Shown here in pieces: positions 34,743-48,184 of a stretch of 64,000 bases of DNA (the first letter of the stretch is position 1; every line of letters begins with the position of its first letter). The notes beneath the pieces are model-generated. The model was given only the letters and a program-made list of their open reading frames with translations, searched no databases and was not told the origin of the DNA. The position numbers were made by a program, and so were the translations under genes. This stretch comes from Eledone cirrhosa (taxonomy: Eukaryota): the NCBI GenBank assembly GCA_964016885.1, contig OZ024741.1:407960001-408024000 (forward strand), written 5' to 3'.

Positions 34743-35274
34743 GAGAAGACTGGGGTCCTTATCATTAAATCACCCAAGACACCTCCAACAAGATATACCT
34801 TGGAGGAGGCCAGCTAAACCTGCATAGGTGTGAGCTGTAACAACAACAACAGCAACATATTTAAACTAACATTGGAACTTAGAATCATGGCGTTCGAGTT
34901 AGAACAACCAACAACAGTCTAATGTGAAATATAGATTCACAAAATAGTAAAATGTACGGGATGATCAAATATAATCGATATATAAATATTCATTTGAGTG
35001 ATTACAGTAAGTTGGTACTACAACATATATAATATACAAACATTCTCAATTAGACGGGGATTAAGAGAAAGGAGAAAAAAGATCAATATCATGTAGATAG
35101 AAATAAAGAAAATAAACCTAAAAAGCAAACTATTGTATATCAAATATATATTTTGAATGAAAAAATAAATATATAAAATGTGCTTAGCTTAATCCGTCTT
35201 CCAAAACATTTGTGATAAGAAATTTCTTTAAATATTGTTTACTTAAACTATAAACTCTCTCTCTCTCTCTCTCT

Positions 35275-35400
<126 letters not shown>

Positions 35401-35762
35401 ACTGAGGTTGTCTGTCTGTCTACTAAAACGGTCGGCACACATCTAAACCGTACGTTCAAATTTCGGTGAAATTGCTACACTTATAGATGAAGGGCCGATA
35501 AACAACGCGTGCAAAAGTACAAAAATACGCGAACACTTTTCAGACCAGCAAAATTTTAACCTGCAAAATCCATTGAGTTCGAAGTTTCAACTTTAAGCTT
35601 ACATTTTGCTTCATTTAAATTAAAAAAGTCTTTTAAAACAATATTTTTACTTGAAAACAAGCCTGTTTGAATACACCGTAAAACGAGCAAATAGTTTGTA
35701 TAAAGAACATTGATCTCGAATAAAGCTTTATGAGATTTTCATTTAGAAGCAATGATTTTAAA

Positions 35763-36360
35763 CGACAGACAGTCGTGCAGAGAGGTGATATAGGTGATAA
35801 AGTTGTGCAGACAGACAGTCGTGCAGAGAGGTGATATAGGTGATAAAGTTGTGCAGACAGACAGTCGTGCAGAGAGGTGATATAGGTGATAAAGTTGTGC
35901 AGACAGACAGTCGTGCAGAGAGGTGATATAGGCGATCAAATTGTGCAGACAGACAGTCGTGCAGAGAGGTGATATAGGTGATAAAGTTGTGCAGACAGAC
36001 AGTCGTGCAGAGTGTTGATATAGGCGATAAAATTGTGCAGACAGACAGTCGTGCAGAGAGGTGATATAGGTGATAAAGTTGTGCAGACAGACAGTCGTGC
36101 AGAGTGTTGATATAGGCGATCAAATTGTGCAGACAGACAGTCGTGCAGAGAGGTGATATAGGTGATAAAGTTGTGCAGACAGACAGTCGTGCAGAGTGTT
36201 GATATAGGCGATAAAATTGTGCAGACAGACAGTCGTGCAGAGAGGTGATATAGGTGATAAAGTTGTGCAGACAGACAGTCGTGCAGAGTGTTGATATAGG
36301 CGATAAAATTGTGCAGACAGACAGTTGTGCAGAGAGGTGATATAGGTGATAAAGTTGTGC
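35763..36360. repeat. 46-bp minisatellite, 13 copies, inside Helitron
   Basis: Unit AGACAGACAGTCGTGCAGAGAGGTGATATAGGTGATAAAGTTGTGC; period 46; two alternating variants. Confidence 0.95.
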
Positions 36361-37300
36361 ATCAAATACATATGTAAGTATGTTAATAAGAGTTCTGATG
36401 CTGTTTCGTTCGGTATACTCAACGAAAACAATAGAGACGAAGTAACACAACTCCAAGTAGGGCGCTACATAAGTAGTAGCGAGGCCTTTGGGCGAGTCTT
36501 CGGTTTTCCAATACATGATAGGCACCCTTCAATTGTAATGTTAGATGTACACCTAGAACACGGTCAACGGAAGTACAATACAAACAAAAATGCAGCTAAA
36601 TTGGCACAGGCCCCAAGGGAGACAACTTTAACTGGATTTTTCATACTGTGCGAATACGATGTCTTCGCAAAATCATTGCTGTATCCTCAGGTGCCATCAT
36701 ACTACACATGGAATAAAAAATACATGGAGTCGCAGAAAGACTGGCCAACCAGTTATTCGAGTTCCCGGGATCAAATTCACTAATTGCTTGGGGCGAGTGT
36801 ATACGATTCCTCCAAATCAACACGAGTGCTTCTATCTTCGAATGCTACTGCATGGGGTCAAATGACCGACCAGTTTTCAGGACCTCAGAACTTACGGTAA
36901 TCGTGTTTGGTCTACATACAGAGATGCCTGTTTGTCTCGTGGAATGCTTGAAGATGACTCACGATGGGATGCAACCTTGGCGGAGATCGCTTCATCACAC
37001 TCAGCTGGAAGCCTATGAGAGCTCTTTGCAAAGCTTCTTCACTTATGTAACATTTGTGATCCCTACACATTATGGTTGAAATTCTGGAACCAACTGTCAG
37101 AGAACTTCCTGCACCAGACTCAACTACTACTTCCTGACATAGAAGTAGATTTCAGTGATGATTTATACAATAAAGAGCTTATATACATAGAGGACAGGAT
37201 TTTCCTTATGGGTGGGAATGCCTTGCCAGCTTATGGTCTGCCACAAACCCACCGCAATGATTATAAGAAAATTCCATCTTATGATGTCGACACTCCCGCT
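36361..37300 (+). pseudogene. Helitron Rep C-terminal and linker region, frameshifted
   Basis: IKYICKYVNK(S)SD, DEVTQLQVGRYISSSEA, LDVHLEHGQ, TTLTGFF, LGRVYTIPPNQHECFYLRMLLHGVK: typical Helitron RepHel motifs in several frames. Confidence 0.9.
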
Positions 37301-38417
37301 TAACTTAGTATCAGCTGAAACACCGCTCTGTGACATCACCAAGGATATTCCGAGAGCAGAACTGCTTCGACGGTGTCAACTGATTGTGTGGGATGAATGC
37401 ACCATGGCTCACAAAGCAGATATTGAGGCCTTAGATAGAACACTGAAAGACATTAGAGACCGTCAGGAGACCATGAGGGATTTAACTCTTTTGCTTTTAG
37501 GGGACTTTCGACAATCTTTGCTGGTTATTCCAAAGGGCACCAGAGCGGATCAAGTTCGGGCCTGCCTGAAGTCTTCTCCATTGTGGCAACAGGTAACAAC
37601 ACGTCGTCTGACCACTAACATGCATGTTCAACTGCATGGCGATACTGTGTCTGAAACATTTGCTGAAGACCTTCTCATTCTTGGCGACGGCAAAGTACCT
37701 TCAGATGTGCATGGAGACATTGCACTCGACAATATATGCTGTCTGGTTAACACTGTCGAAGATCTCAAGGCAGCCGTTTTTCCCAACTTGGCAGATAATT
37801 ACGGCAATCATACATGGCTGTGTGAGAGGGCTATATTAGCTCCTACAAATGTCACTGTCTCCGTCATTAATCGCCAAATGATTGAAAGTCTTCCTGGAAA
37901 TGATAAGACTTTTAAGTCTATTGATACCAATGTTGATCCACATGATGCGGTCAATTATCCCATTGGATTCCTCAATTCCGGTCTACCTCAACATATTTTG
38001 TCTCTCAAGGAAGGATGTTCAGTTATACTTCTCAGAAATATAACTCCTCCCAGGCTTTGCAATGGTACACGCCTTGTTGTCAATAGGATGTCACAGCACA
38101 TTATTTATGCTACGAATATGTCGGGGTGTGGAAAAGGAGAAGATGTTTTAATACCTACGGTAACTCTTACGACATCAGGAGTGGATGCACCCTATTCTTT
38201 TAAAAGAACCCAATTTCCCCTTCGTGCTGCTTTTGCTATGTCCATCAACAAGTCCCAGTGTCAGACTTTATCTGTGGCAGGACTTCACCTGGAGGAGCCA
38301 TGTTTTTCACATCGACAATTCTACGTTGAATGTTCTCGAGTTGGCAGCCGGAACAACCTCTTTGCTTTTTCTCCAAACGGAAAAACAAAAAATATTGTAT
38401 ACCGTGAGGTTTTATAG
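37295..38417 (+). pseudogene. Helitron PIF1-family helicase, N-terminally deleted
   Basis: LIVWDECTM, LLGDFRQ, LTTNM, ERAILAPTN, LCNGTRL, FKRTQFPLRAAFAMSINKSQCQTL motifs present; Walker A absent and several conserved Gly residues substituted. Confidence 0.93.
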
Positions 38418-39314
38418 GGTTTTTTGGGGTTCAAAACGGCAATGTTACACCGACTGCCTTAAATATATAGCGTCTACGAAACCTGTATTCAACATCGATG
38501 CAGTGCATTCTATTGACACCTAGGCCTCTAGGGACCAGCATTGCTAGCAAATCAAAGCGGACTCCGAAATCGATGCTTTCGATTGTTAAGAACGCCCTCC
38601 AGTCGCTGACAAGTCCGGCGTTTAATACATAGACACACACAACTTGCCGCATACATACAAAGATTGTTCCCGTCATTTCTTTCATTGTTTCAATATGCAT
38701 TCCAACCTAGACAACACGCAACAACAGCATTTCTGGTGCGTCGAAGTAAACTTTCGTCATCATTCTCAATTGCATGTGAAGATGCAATGGAAGCAGCATT
38801 TCTGTTTTGTTGATTTCAGCGATTCTTTTTCGTGAATATGGCTTTTGTTGCATCTGTCCATTTCGCATGCTGTGGCTGTCTATAATCTGCCCGTCAAACT
38901 CACCATGGGTATGTTATGAGCTCTTCATAGTTTATACTTAAACATCTACGCTATTACATTGTCAATATTTTTTATCACAGGTGCGAACCTCTTTGATGCT
39001 GCCTGCCCCTCGACTTCGGATAACGCATTTTTTTTCATGTCCATCATATTTCTTTGTTTCAAAATAACTGATAGTTTGGTTACGCTGATGTTTTTCTCTG
39101 AGACAAGTGCTGCAGTGTTTACATTTTCGATTTTTGTTAACAGATTACCAGTGCAGTTTTTATCCCCAGCATCATCTTTTGTTTTAACATTCGGGTTATG
39201 GTTATGAAAGGAACTTAACATTGTAACTTTAACACAGCTACTGAACAGCCCCGAGCAACGCCGGGCTTTACTGCTAGTATTATATAAAATAATAAGTGTA
39301 AGTCAAACAACATG

Positions 39315-39360
<46 letters not shown>

Positions 39361-39362
<2 letters not shown>

Positions 39363-40320
39363 ATTGCTTCTACTTTTTACACAAGGCCAGCAATTACCCA
39401 GTGCATTACTGGTACTTTATTTTATCGACCCCGTAAGGATGAAAGGCAAAGTTAACCTCGGCGGGATTTGAATTCAGAATGGCAAGGACCGTAACTCTAT
39501 GCTTCAAAGCATAGCGTCCGACCCTCTACCGGTACTGCCAATCCACCATAATAATAATTTCTAATTTAAGGATAAGGTCAACAATTTGAGGGGAGGAGAA
39601 AGGTCATTTCATCGACCCAAGTACTTGACTGGTTCTTTAAGTTGTCGAACCCGAAAGGATGAAATGCAAAATAGGCCTTGGCGAGATTTGAACTCACAAC
39701 GTAAAGAGCCGGAGTAAACGCCGCAAAGCGTATATATATATAAATATATATATAGGAAAAGACTCAGGACCCCGACGGCTGAGCTCCGGCCGTTTCGACA
39801 GCTAGATACTTATATATAAGGTGATTTAGGCACGAAGCCAACATTTTGGGGGCGTACGAAAAAAGTCGATAAATCAACTCCAGTGCTAAACTAGTACTTT
39901 ATTTTATCGACTCCTTAATGATGAAAGGCAAAGCTAACCTCAGCGAGATTTGAACTGAGAACGTAAAGAAAGGTAACTATCCATAGTTGTCGAACGTTCT
40001 ACCGATACTGCTAATCCAGCGCATTTAAAGACTCCTAATAAACAATCGAAATATCCCTTATATATATTGGAGAAGAAAATATTGGAGGCTTAATATATAG
40101 GTTATTGTAGATTGTATAAAGCACTGAAATCAAAGTATTTTGAGTTGCAGGGTGGCAGTAGTGGCAACCTTAAATTGGCGAGAGTTTAGAATAAGATGCA
40201 ATCAAAAGAATGCTGTAATAATGGTTTCTTATATAGGCACAAGGCCAGCAATGTCGGGGGAGGGGAAAGTCGATTAAATCGACTCCAGTGCATTATTGGT
40301 ACTTTAATTTATCGACCTCG
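39361..40320 (-). mobile_element. Cluster of four SINE copies
   Basis: Family motifs at about 39361-39547 (near full length), 39555-39728, 39825-40020 and 40225-40320. Confidence 0.85.
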
Positions 40321-40440
40321 TAATAAATATGCTGTAACAACAAAAGACAATTCGACGTGGAATCTACGTGTATATATCTTATATGTATATAGATAATATG
40401 TGTGTGGTGTGTATATAATATAAATAATAGATAATATATG

Positions 40441-40485
<45 letters not shown>

Positions 40486-40633
40486 ATACTTGGGGAGGTC
40501 ATATTGTTGTAATAATATTGCCAGAAATAATAAGACCACACTCACTGTTTGGTTGGTTTTCGCTTCTGTATCTTTTATATCTCCATAGTTAATTTATTTG
40601 GCAATCAATGTTTATTATTTATTTTTGTCTCCT

Positions 40634-40735
40634 TAGTTCAAATCCCGCCTAGGTTTACTTTGCCTTTCATCCTTACGGGGTCGATAAAAATAAAGTGCCA
40701 GTAATGCTGGCCTTGTGCCAAAAGTAGAAACAATT
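40634..40735 (+). mobile_element. Partial SINE copy
   Basis: GTTCAAATCCCGCC...GCCTTTCATCCTTACGGGGTCGATA...AGTAGAAACAATT. Confidence 0.8.
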
Positions 40736-40849
40736 ATTTATTTTTGTCTCCGTCTCTGCGCATGCGTTTTCGTGTGTGTATAGTGTTTGGTGTGTGTGTT
40801 CGCGTTTGAGTGTATGTGTTTTGGTTTTTGTATTCTATCTTAGTTTATT

Positions 40850-41290
40850 AGTGTGTGTTTATATGTTTGTTGTTATTGTGCTTGTGTATATATTTATTTA
40901 TTTATATTTCTCTTAAGTCAGTATTGTTTGTTTGGGTATGGTTGTTGTTGTTATTCCATTCGTTTTTTCTGTTTAACTTTGGTCTTCTAAGCTCTATTTC
41001 ACTTGCTTCTCTGATTTGCCTACCTGTTGAGTCATTTCTATATTTAGATATTATTTTAATTTCTATGGTGTCTATATTACCGTCATGTCTTTGTCTGGCG
41101 TGTTCGTATAGTACTGAACCGTTTTTTTTGTCCATATATGTTGATATGAAATCGTGTGTTGAAACAAATATTGTTATATTTGGGGGGAGGGGGGGTCATA
41201 TTGTTATAATATTGCCAGAAATAATAATAAAACACACTCAAGTTTGGTTTGGATTGGTTTTCGCTTCTATATCTTTTATATCTTTTTATA
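40850..41290 (-). mobile_element. Penelope-like element fragment (C-terminal part of GIY-YIG domain plus pLTR-like piece)
   Basis: SVLYEHARQRH...IKIISKYRNDSTGRQIREASEIELRRPKLNRKNEW resembles PLE endonuclease C-termini; the adjoining segment is repeated at 40480-40580 and inverted at about 46010-46060. Confidence 0.6.
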
Positions 41291-41298
41291 TCTTTTAT

Positions 41299-41349
<51 letters not shown>

Positions 41350-42111
41350 CATTGTATTGTATATAACTAATAACATATTCTTATTTAGGCAGCCAGAAGA
41401 CCAACAATTACTAACTAAAGGACACGAACTATTTTGTGTATATGTGTATATATGTGACCTGCAACTAACTTATCCTCCCCCTCTTGACCCTGATCGACAT
41501 GAATATATACGTCTGATCAAAATATAATACAAACACACCTGTAACAGAACAAATAGAAAGAATGATAGACGTTCAACTAAATTAATGATTTTTTTACTGT
41601 GTTATCGTCCATTTCTTCAACGAAATATTCCCCACAGAATTAGAGAACTTCATTAGCTACACTGTAATTAAGAATTACAAAATAAAGATCGATAAATCCA
41701 AAATGAGAGAAAACAAATTAGTAAATTGATAAATATAAAAAAGTAAATTGATAAATATAAAAAGAAAACTTCGAAATTTCATCTGAACTTCAGATCAATT
41801 TTTTTTTTTTTTTTTTTCAAATATAATTGAAAACAATTTATACAAATGTTGTATTTTAGAAGAGTCATGGTGTCAAACAAAACACACGCACCATAGTTGA
41901 GACTTCAGTTTTAATGATCTGATAATTAATCCGTCTATATGTTGGTTGTTCCACTAATTAATTAAATATCAATTGTCAATTATGACCAGAAAGGAGACAC
42001 CGAGTTCACGTGTCTTCGGTGAGGTCATAGGGTGAGATGAAAAGTCTGTAACAATTAATTATTTAGTTGGTTAACCAACTGATTGATGGTTTAATTAGTT
42101 TATTATTAATA

Positions 42112-42287
42112 CAGGTAAAATTCTGTTATAACGAATACCATTATAATGAATTTTTCAGTACAACGAAATTTCTGTTAACCCTCGGCCACGTGCGTGATGT
42201 GTTTTGGTCGATCTCGTTATAAAGAATTTTTCATTACAACGAATATTTTTTATGCCCCGCGAATTTCGTTATGACGGACTTTCACTG
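42112..42287. mobile_element. pogo/Tigger-type MITE
   Basis: Imperfect TIRs CAGGTAAAATTCTGTTATAACGAA / TTCGTTATGACGGACTTTCACTG, flanked by TA on both sides; internal ATAACGAA-like subrepeats. Confidence 0.75.
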
Positions 42288-42716
42288 TAGAACTATGGTG
42301 AAGCTCTATCAGTTCCTGTGTTTCGATTGGCAGCATGAATCACTCAAAATACATCAATATCTGTTGCAACAAACCATTTCAAGAATTTTGAAAAAGAAAT
42401 ACAAAAGTTATGTACAACCCCAGAATCAGAAGGTTTCCCCACACCGAGCAGGAAGTATGGAGAATGAAGGTGGTCGACCACAAAGTGGTATAACTTAATA
42501 TGCATGGAAATTGGGATTTAGGCCAGTATAGTAGTTAATATCAACTCAAGTGGACTTAAATACATAGGAGGGTCGGCTGAAAGGTCCATAGGCTGACCAA
42601 GATATATATTACTGATAATAATTGATAATATTTTAAGGAACACAAGTTGTAGACAAATATTTCTTTATTTAAAGATCGAAAAAGAGTAAATAAAAGAAAA
42701 CGAGAGGTTATATGTC

Positions 42717-43092
42717 TTAATCCATATGGTGAGAAAATGGGGTCCCACGTGCTGGCCTCCCCTCAGCGCCGGCGGACAGAATGGAGAAGGCATTTTCCCG
42801 GAGGATGGTAAGAGAGATGCGCTGGAAGAGCCATTCCAACTCGCGAGGCTCACACCTGCAGCTGGTCAGCTCAGCACCTATGGTAGTGAGTAGGGAGGTA
42901 GCCCTAGGGCCGAGGACACCAGAAGTCTCCACTGCTACAGGTAGCCAGCTCTGCACCTATGGTAGTGAGTAGGGAGGTAGAGCTAGGGCCGAGGACACCA
43001 GAAGTCTCCACTGCTAGGGGTAGCCAGGTCTGTACCTATGGTGGTAAGTAGGGAGGTAGCCCTAGGGCCGAGGACATCAGAAGTCTCCACTG
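42717..43092 (-). mobile_element. 3' fragment of RLE-type (CRE-like) non-LTR retrotransposon with triplicated 79-bp 5' segment
   Basis: WLPVAVETSGVLGPRATSLLTTIGAEL...WLFQRISLTILRENAFSIL; 79-bp units start at 42875, 42954 and 43033. Confidence 0.72.
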
Positions 43093-43110
43093 TTAACACA
43101 CAGACACACC

Positions 43111-43149
<39 letters not shown>

Positions 43150-43222
43150 GGGGAGGGGTTTAAAAAACCATACGTGAGCTTTAAATATCTGAATGACTTA
43201 CTGTGGTAGTATCAACTTATAT

Positions 43223-43345
<123 letters not shown>

Positions 43346-43545
43346 ACGAAGGAAATGTGGTAAGGAACCAGGTGGACCATAACGCACCTAAGTACTCAAT
43401 ACTTAGGGTAGAATTAGTCCAGAATTAGCCGTCGAAACGGCTTGAGCTCAGCCGTCGGGGTCCTACATGTTCCTATATATATATACAGATAGATATATGA
43501 ATTAAAAAAGAGAAAACGGGGCTGTGTGATTACCAATAAATATTA

Positions 43546-43730
43546 TGGATTGGTAGTATCGGTAGAGGGTCGGACACCATGCTTTGATGCATAGAGTTAC
43601 GGCCCTTTCCATTCCGAGTTCAAATCCCGCCGAGGTTAACTTTGCCTTTCATCCTTAAGGGGTCGATAGAATAAAGTACCAGTAATGTACTGGGATAATT
43701 GCTGGCCTTGTGCCAAAAGTAGAAACAATT
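43546..43730 (+). mobile_element. tRNA-derived SINE, near full length
   Basis: TGGTAGTATCGG A-box-like, GAGTTCAAATCCC B-box, family body and tail. Confidence 0.9.
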
Positions 43731-44744
43731 ATTATTAATTTATATATATTTCCACTTAAATCTGAATTTCAACAGGTAGGTTAGTATTTTGCTAACAGTG
43801 AAGATATTTACTAGAAAGTCACACCTTTGCTACAAATATTTACCAATTAGAAACGACCATGTTATTCTTCTCTTTATCCACTCTGTAAACATTAAAGGTC
43901 CCGTGTGGTCATCACTGACGGTAACATTGCACCTGGAATATGTCTCTTTACAGGTAAGATATTTGGTGGGAAGTGTAGCGGACGCCCATAGCTACCAGTT
44001 TCCACTCCACCGATATTGTCCATGGTCAAGACAAAAGCTGATACAGCCTGACACCAATAAATCTGCAACTCATTTTATTCCAGCTGTATACACTGGAGTA
44101 ACGGGAAATAAAGTATCTTGTTCAATGATATATGGTGCCCTAACCAGGAATCGAACTCACTACCTTGCAATTATAAACACAATACCCTAACTGTTAGGTC
44201 TCGCTTTTACACTCTTTAAACAGTAAACCTGATTTAAAATATTTTATCCTGTACCCAAGACTAGTAAAGCAGGCGTTGAACCTGCTTGGCAAGTCTTAGA
44301 GAAATGCTAATATTAGTTCTTTCTCTGGTTATTATGTGGTTAGTTCTTGTAAGTATATTATTTGTTTCCTTACATTTCAAATAAAAAGAGACGTTTTATA
44401 AATTATGCTTAGCGTATTTTTGTTATGGGGTAGATGTTAGTGCTAGTGTTAACGTTTACAGTTAGTTGTTAGTGGAAGTTTAGGTGCAGGAATAGCTGGA
44501 AGTTTAAGAATCACAGATTAAGCTTGCTCTGATGTCTTTCCTGTCTCAGAGATTTCATCAAGGGGCAACTCGATGGTGACTGAAATCGCTGCCATCATCC
44601 GAGAAAAATCACAAACATCGTTTCTTAAGAATTATATTTTCTGCGAAATGGCCAACAAAAACTTTATTTACTTTACTGTCATAAAATTGTGTTTCTTCAG
44701 CATCATTTCTGAATGTTATTACTGTCTTCTTGTTCATTTTGACA

Positions 44745-45243
44745 GAATCGGTAGAGCGTCGGACTAAATGCTTCGCAGTATTTAGTTATGGCCCTTTATG
44801 TTTTGATTTCGAATCCCGCCGAGGTTAGCTTTGCCTTTCATCCTTACTGGGTCAATAAAATAAAGTACCAGTAACAACTTTCCCCTCTCCCAAACCTGTT
44901 GGCCTTGTGCCTAAATAAGAAATAACACAGTTGATAAAATAAAGTACCAGTAATACACTGAGGTTGATTTAACCGACTTTCCCCTCCCCTTCAAATTGCT
45001 GGCCTTGTGCCTAGTAGAAAAACAAAGACTATTATTGTTCACAACATTTAGCGGTGGTGGATTTGTAGTATCGGTAGAGGGTCGGGCGCCATGCTTTCTT
45101 GCATAGAGTTACGTCCCTTTGTAGCATGAGTTCAAATCCCGCCGAGTTTAACTTTATTTTATCGACCCCGTAAGGATGAAAGGCAAAGTACCAGTAATGT
45201 ACTGGTATAATTGCTGGCCTTGTGCTAAAAGTAGAAACAATTA
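44745..45243 (+). mobile_element. Cluster of three SINE copies
   Basis: Copies at about 44745-44925, 44930-45020 (3' part) and 45055-45243; the last has its central segment inverted (TTATCGACCCCGTAAGGATGAAAGGCAAAG). Confidence 0.8.
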
Positions 45244-45702
45244 TTGTTCAGAACATTTCTTCACGTCATTTCTCTTATGACGTATGTTATTTATATTTCA
45301 TTTATAACATTGAATGTTCCAAACGTGTCAAAAATAACACCACCGTTCATATTTAACATCTATCTACATTCCAATGATATTTCCGATGTTTTTCTCTATG
45401 TGTGAGCTATAAAATATACACAGTACTTACATAAACATATATCTAGAATTTTATCCAAATGTTATTTTCTTCTTTGATTAAAAGCTTCCTTCTTTTTTCT
45501 GTTTGTAAGACACTACAAACGACATTTATTTATCATGTGTCTGTTATATAATGAAATCAAACAAACGAACTTCTATCGCGTTAGTTCATGTACAACTAGT
45601 GTTGTACACAAGCACACACATACACAAGCACACACACACATTAATATATATATACATACATATGAGTATATATATATATACTTACATCTAAGCATATATA
45701 TA

Positions 45703-45843
45703 TAATTGTTTCTACTTTAGGCACAAGAACAGCAATTACCCAGTGCGTGGCTGGTACTTTATTTTATCGACCCCGTAAGGATGAAAGGCAAAGTCAACCT
45801 CGGCGAGATTTGAATTCAGATCATAAAGGGGCGAAACTCTATG
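45703..45843 (-). mobile_element. SINE copy
   Basis: Family motifs on minus strand; head truncated next to a hammerhead motif. Confidence 0.8.
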
Positions 45844-45849
45844 CGAAAC

Positions 45850-45890
45850 TCACTGAAGAGGTCACAGAATGTGTGACGAAAGAACTTTGA
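45850..45890 (+). ncRNA. Minimal type I hammerhead ribozyme
   Basis: TCA/TGA stem I (short); CTGAAGA at 45853; stem II GTCACA/TGTGAC; GAAA at 45878; AG-AA-CT then T. Confidence 0.6.
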
Positions 45891-47319
45891 CAATATATAA
45901 ACAATCATCTGGTTGTGGAACCAACCAACCAATTGGAAATTTATAAATTCATAAATTTATACATTTATTATAATAAATTGAAGTGAAAGCATCTGGTGCG
46001 TGTGTTTCTTATTGGCAACATGACCCTCCCAAAGTATAACAATATCGGTTTCAAAACACGTTTTCAGATAAAGAATCTTGCTAAACAAATTCAGAAACGA
46101 AATATATGTATATATACTTACGGTAAACTACTGCGCACTTTCTTATTATCTCTCTCTCTATATATATATTAGTTACATGATTCATACTACGTATAAACAC
46201 AGATGGTATATATAACAGGGCCGAGTAAAGTAAAGTAAATGGTCATCCGTCGCTTTCGACGAAGAGTGTTCCAGATGGTTGTTTAACTGAACAGCTTGCT
46301 CTTTAAAGTAAAGACCAAATGATTTTTTTTTGTATTTGTTTTATTTTCAGCGTTTGCTCCACATGTTTCGGGCTTCGATCCGATTGCACGGAAACCCGTC
46401 TTTTACAATTTTTACAACTTGACGTGACACCTCTAAGTAAAATTCATAAAATGGAGACCGTGCGATTCAGAGCTCCAATGAATGTATCTTAACCCTTTAC
46501 TCAGTTTAAAAACCCTCACCTGAAGCATAGGTACCTTAAGTTGAGATTACTTCGTGGTCACCATTTGAACCATGTCAATACTCTGAATATAGCACGGTAT
46601 TTTAATGACATAGAAATCTTAAGGTCACAGCTTTCTTCACCAAGAAAAAAAAATTATATAGATATATATATATAAATTTTAGTACAGCATTAACGAAGCT
46701 TTAGAACACGGCCAAGCTAACGAATACAGAATCGGTGTGTAGCTTTAGCACTCGGATGGGGAAAAGAACCCCAGAGTAATAACAATACGTTCAGGCAGCT
46801 TAGCAAATCAGATATAGCGGTCGGCAGGCCAGCCGCATCACTAGAGCAACAAAAATACAGGACCCAGGAAAAGATTTTATACTGACCCGGACAGAGCGGT
46901 GAGGCTGAATGCAAAATATATATAATGTACATCGTATATCACACAATATACATCACATACAGCACCCAACATCAGCGCTAAGTTACTGCAGATCCAAGAT
47001 CGACAAATTCCGATTGCAGGAGTCTGCAATATAATGGTTTTTGACGACAGAACATAGAATTTCCTTCTTCAGCAAGTCTTTCGTTCTTAGCCTGAGCGGG
47101 TATATTGTAGCTTTAAATTTCGCCACAGACACGTGGTTTTCTCCAAGGGAGGTAACCCCCGCTTAGGCGGTGAATTCTAATTCGAGATAAAGGAATAAAT
47201 CCCTTTAGACAAACCGAATTAAGCACCCAACCAGAAGTTATCAAACAAACATAAACAATTAATCAATCAATAGAATCGTCTAATTAAATTAATCAGTTAA
47301 TCGTTAATTCTAGGAGTAA

Positions 47320-47377
<58 letters not shown>

Positions 47378-47847
47378 TTATAAATATATATATATATAGT
47401 TGTGGTAAGGAAACTTAGGGTAGTAGAGTGGGTAATAAGAGAAAGTATGACCCCGACGGCAGAGCTCAAGCCATTTCGACGGCTATTTCTGGACTGTATA
47501 TATGAATAAATATATATATATATATATGTATATATGAATATATATGTATATATGAATATATATATATATATGTGTGTATATATGTGTGTATATATATGAC
47601 TGTAATACGATCGGCTTCAACTATACAAACTCTTGAAAGTCAACAGTTGACATAATCTTGTAATCTTGTATCAGTAATGACGGTAATATATATATATATG
47701 TGTGTGCGTGCGTGTAAGTGAGTAGAGTAGCGTGTGTGTGTGTTTGTTGTATGTATGAGTGTTGGTGTGTGCGCGCATATGTATGCGTGTGTGTGTATGT
47801 CGTACGTATAAGTGTCAATAAGTGTTTTTTTTTTTTGTTTTTTTTTG

Positions 47848-48153
47848 CGCGGGGACATAGAAATAATCGGGCTGGATGCCCGATCGCGCAGTTAAACCAC
47901 TGGGAGTGAAGAACCCCTAGCCCTTGTCAGGGTATTCTTCTAGGAGAAGGCATCTCAGGAAACTGGGTTAACTCCGATATAAAACCTGCGGCTCAGTAGT
48001 TACCGATGATGTTGATCTTTTCTTCTTTTCGGGTTATAGCTACTGTCGCACAGAGAGTGGGATTGGCTCAGTGCACAGTCTTTCCTCACTTTAAAAATAT
48101 TCGTCACGCACAGGCATTGCACGAGTGCATTAATAATTATTAATAGTGTACTA

Positions 48154-48184
<31 letters not shown>

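Noticed and set aside
35763-36360. CRISPR array or the 255-aa minus-strand repeat ORF
   Set aside because: Head-to-tail units with no unique spacers, in a eukaryotic Helitron context; the 46-bp period is not a multiple of 3.
43546-43635. tRNA genes at SINE heads
   Set aside because: A/B boxes only; no cloverleaf, and each continues into the SINE body.
46700-47290. GC-richer unique-looking segment, possibly a TE 5' region or exon
   Set aside because: No credible ORF, terminal repeat or recognisable motif.
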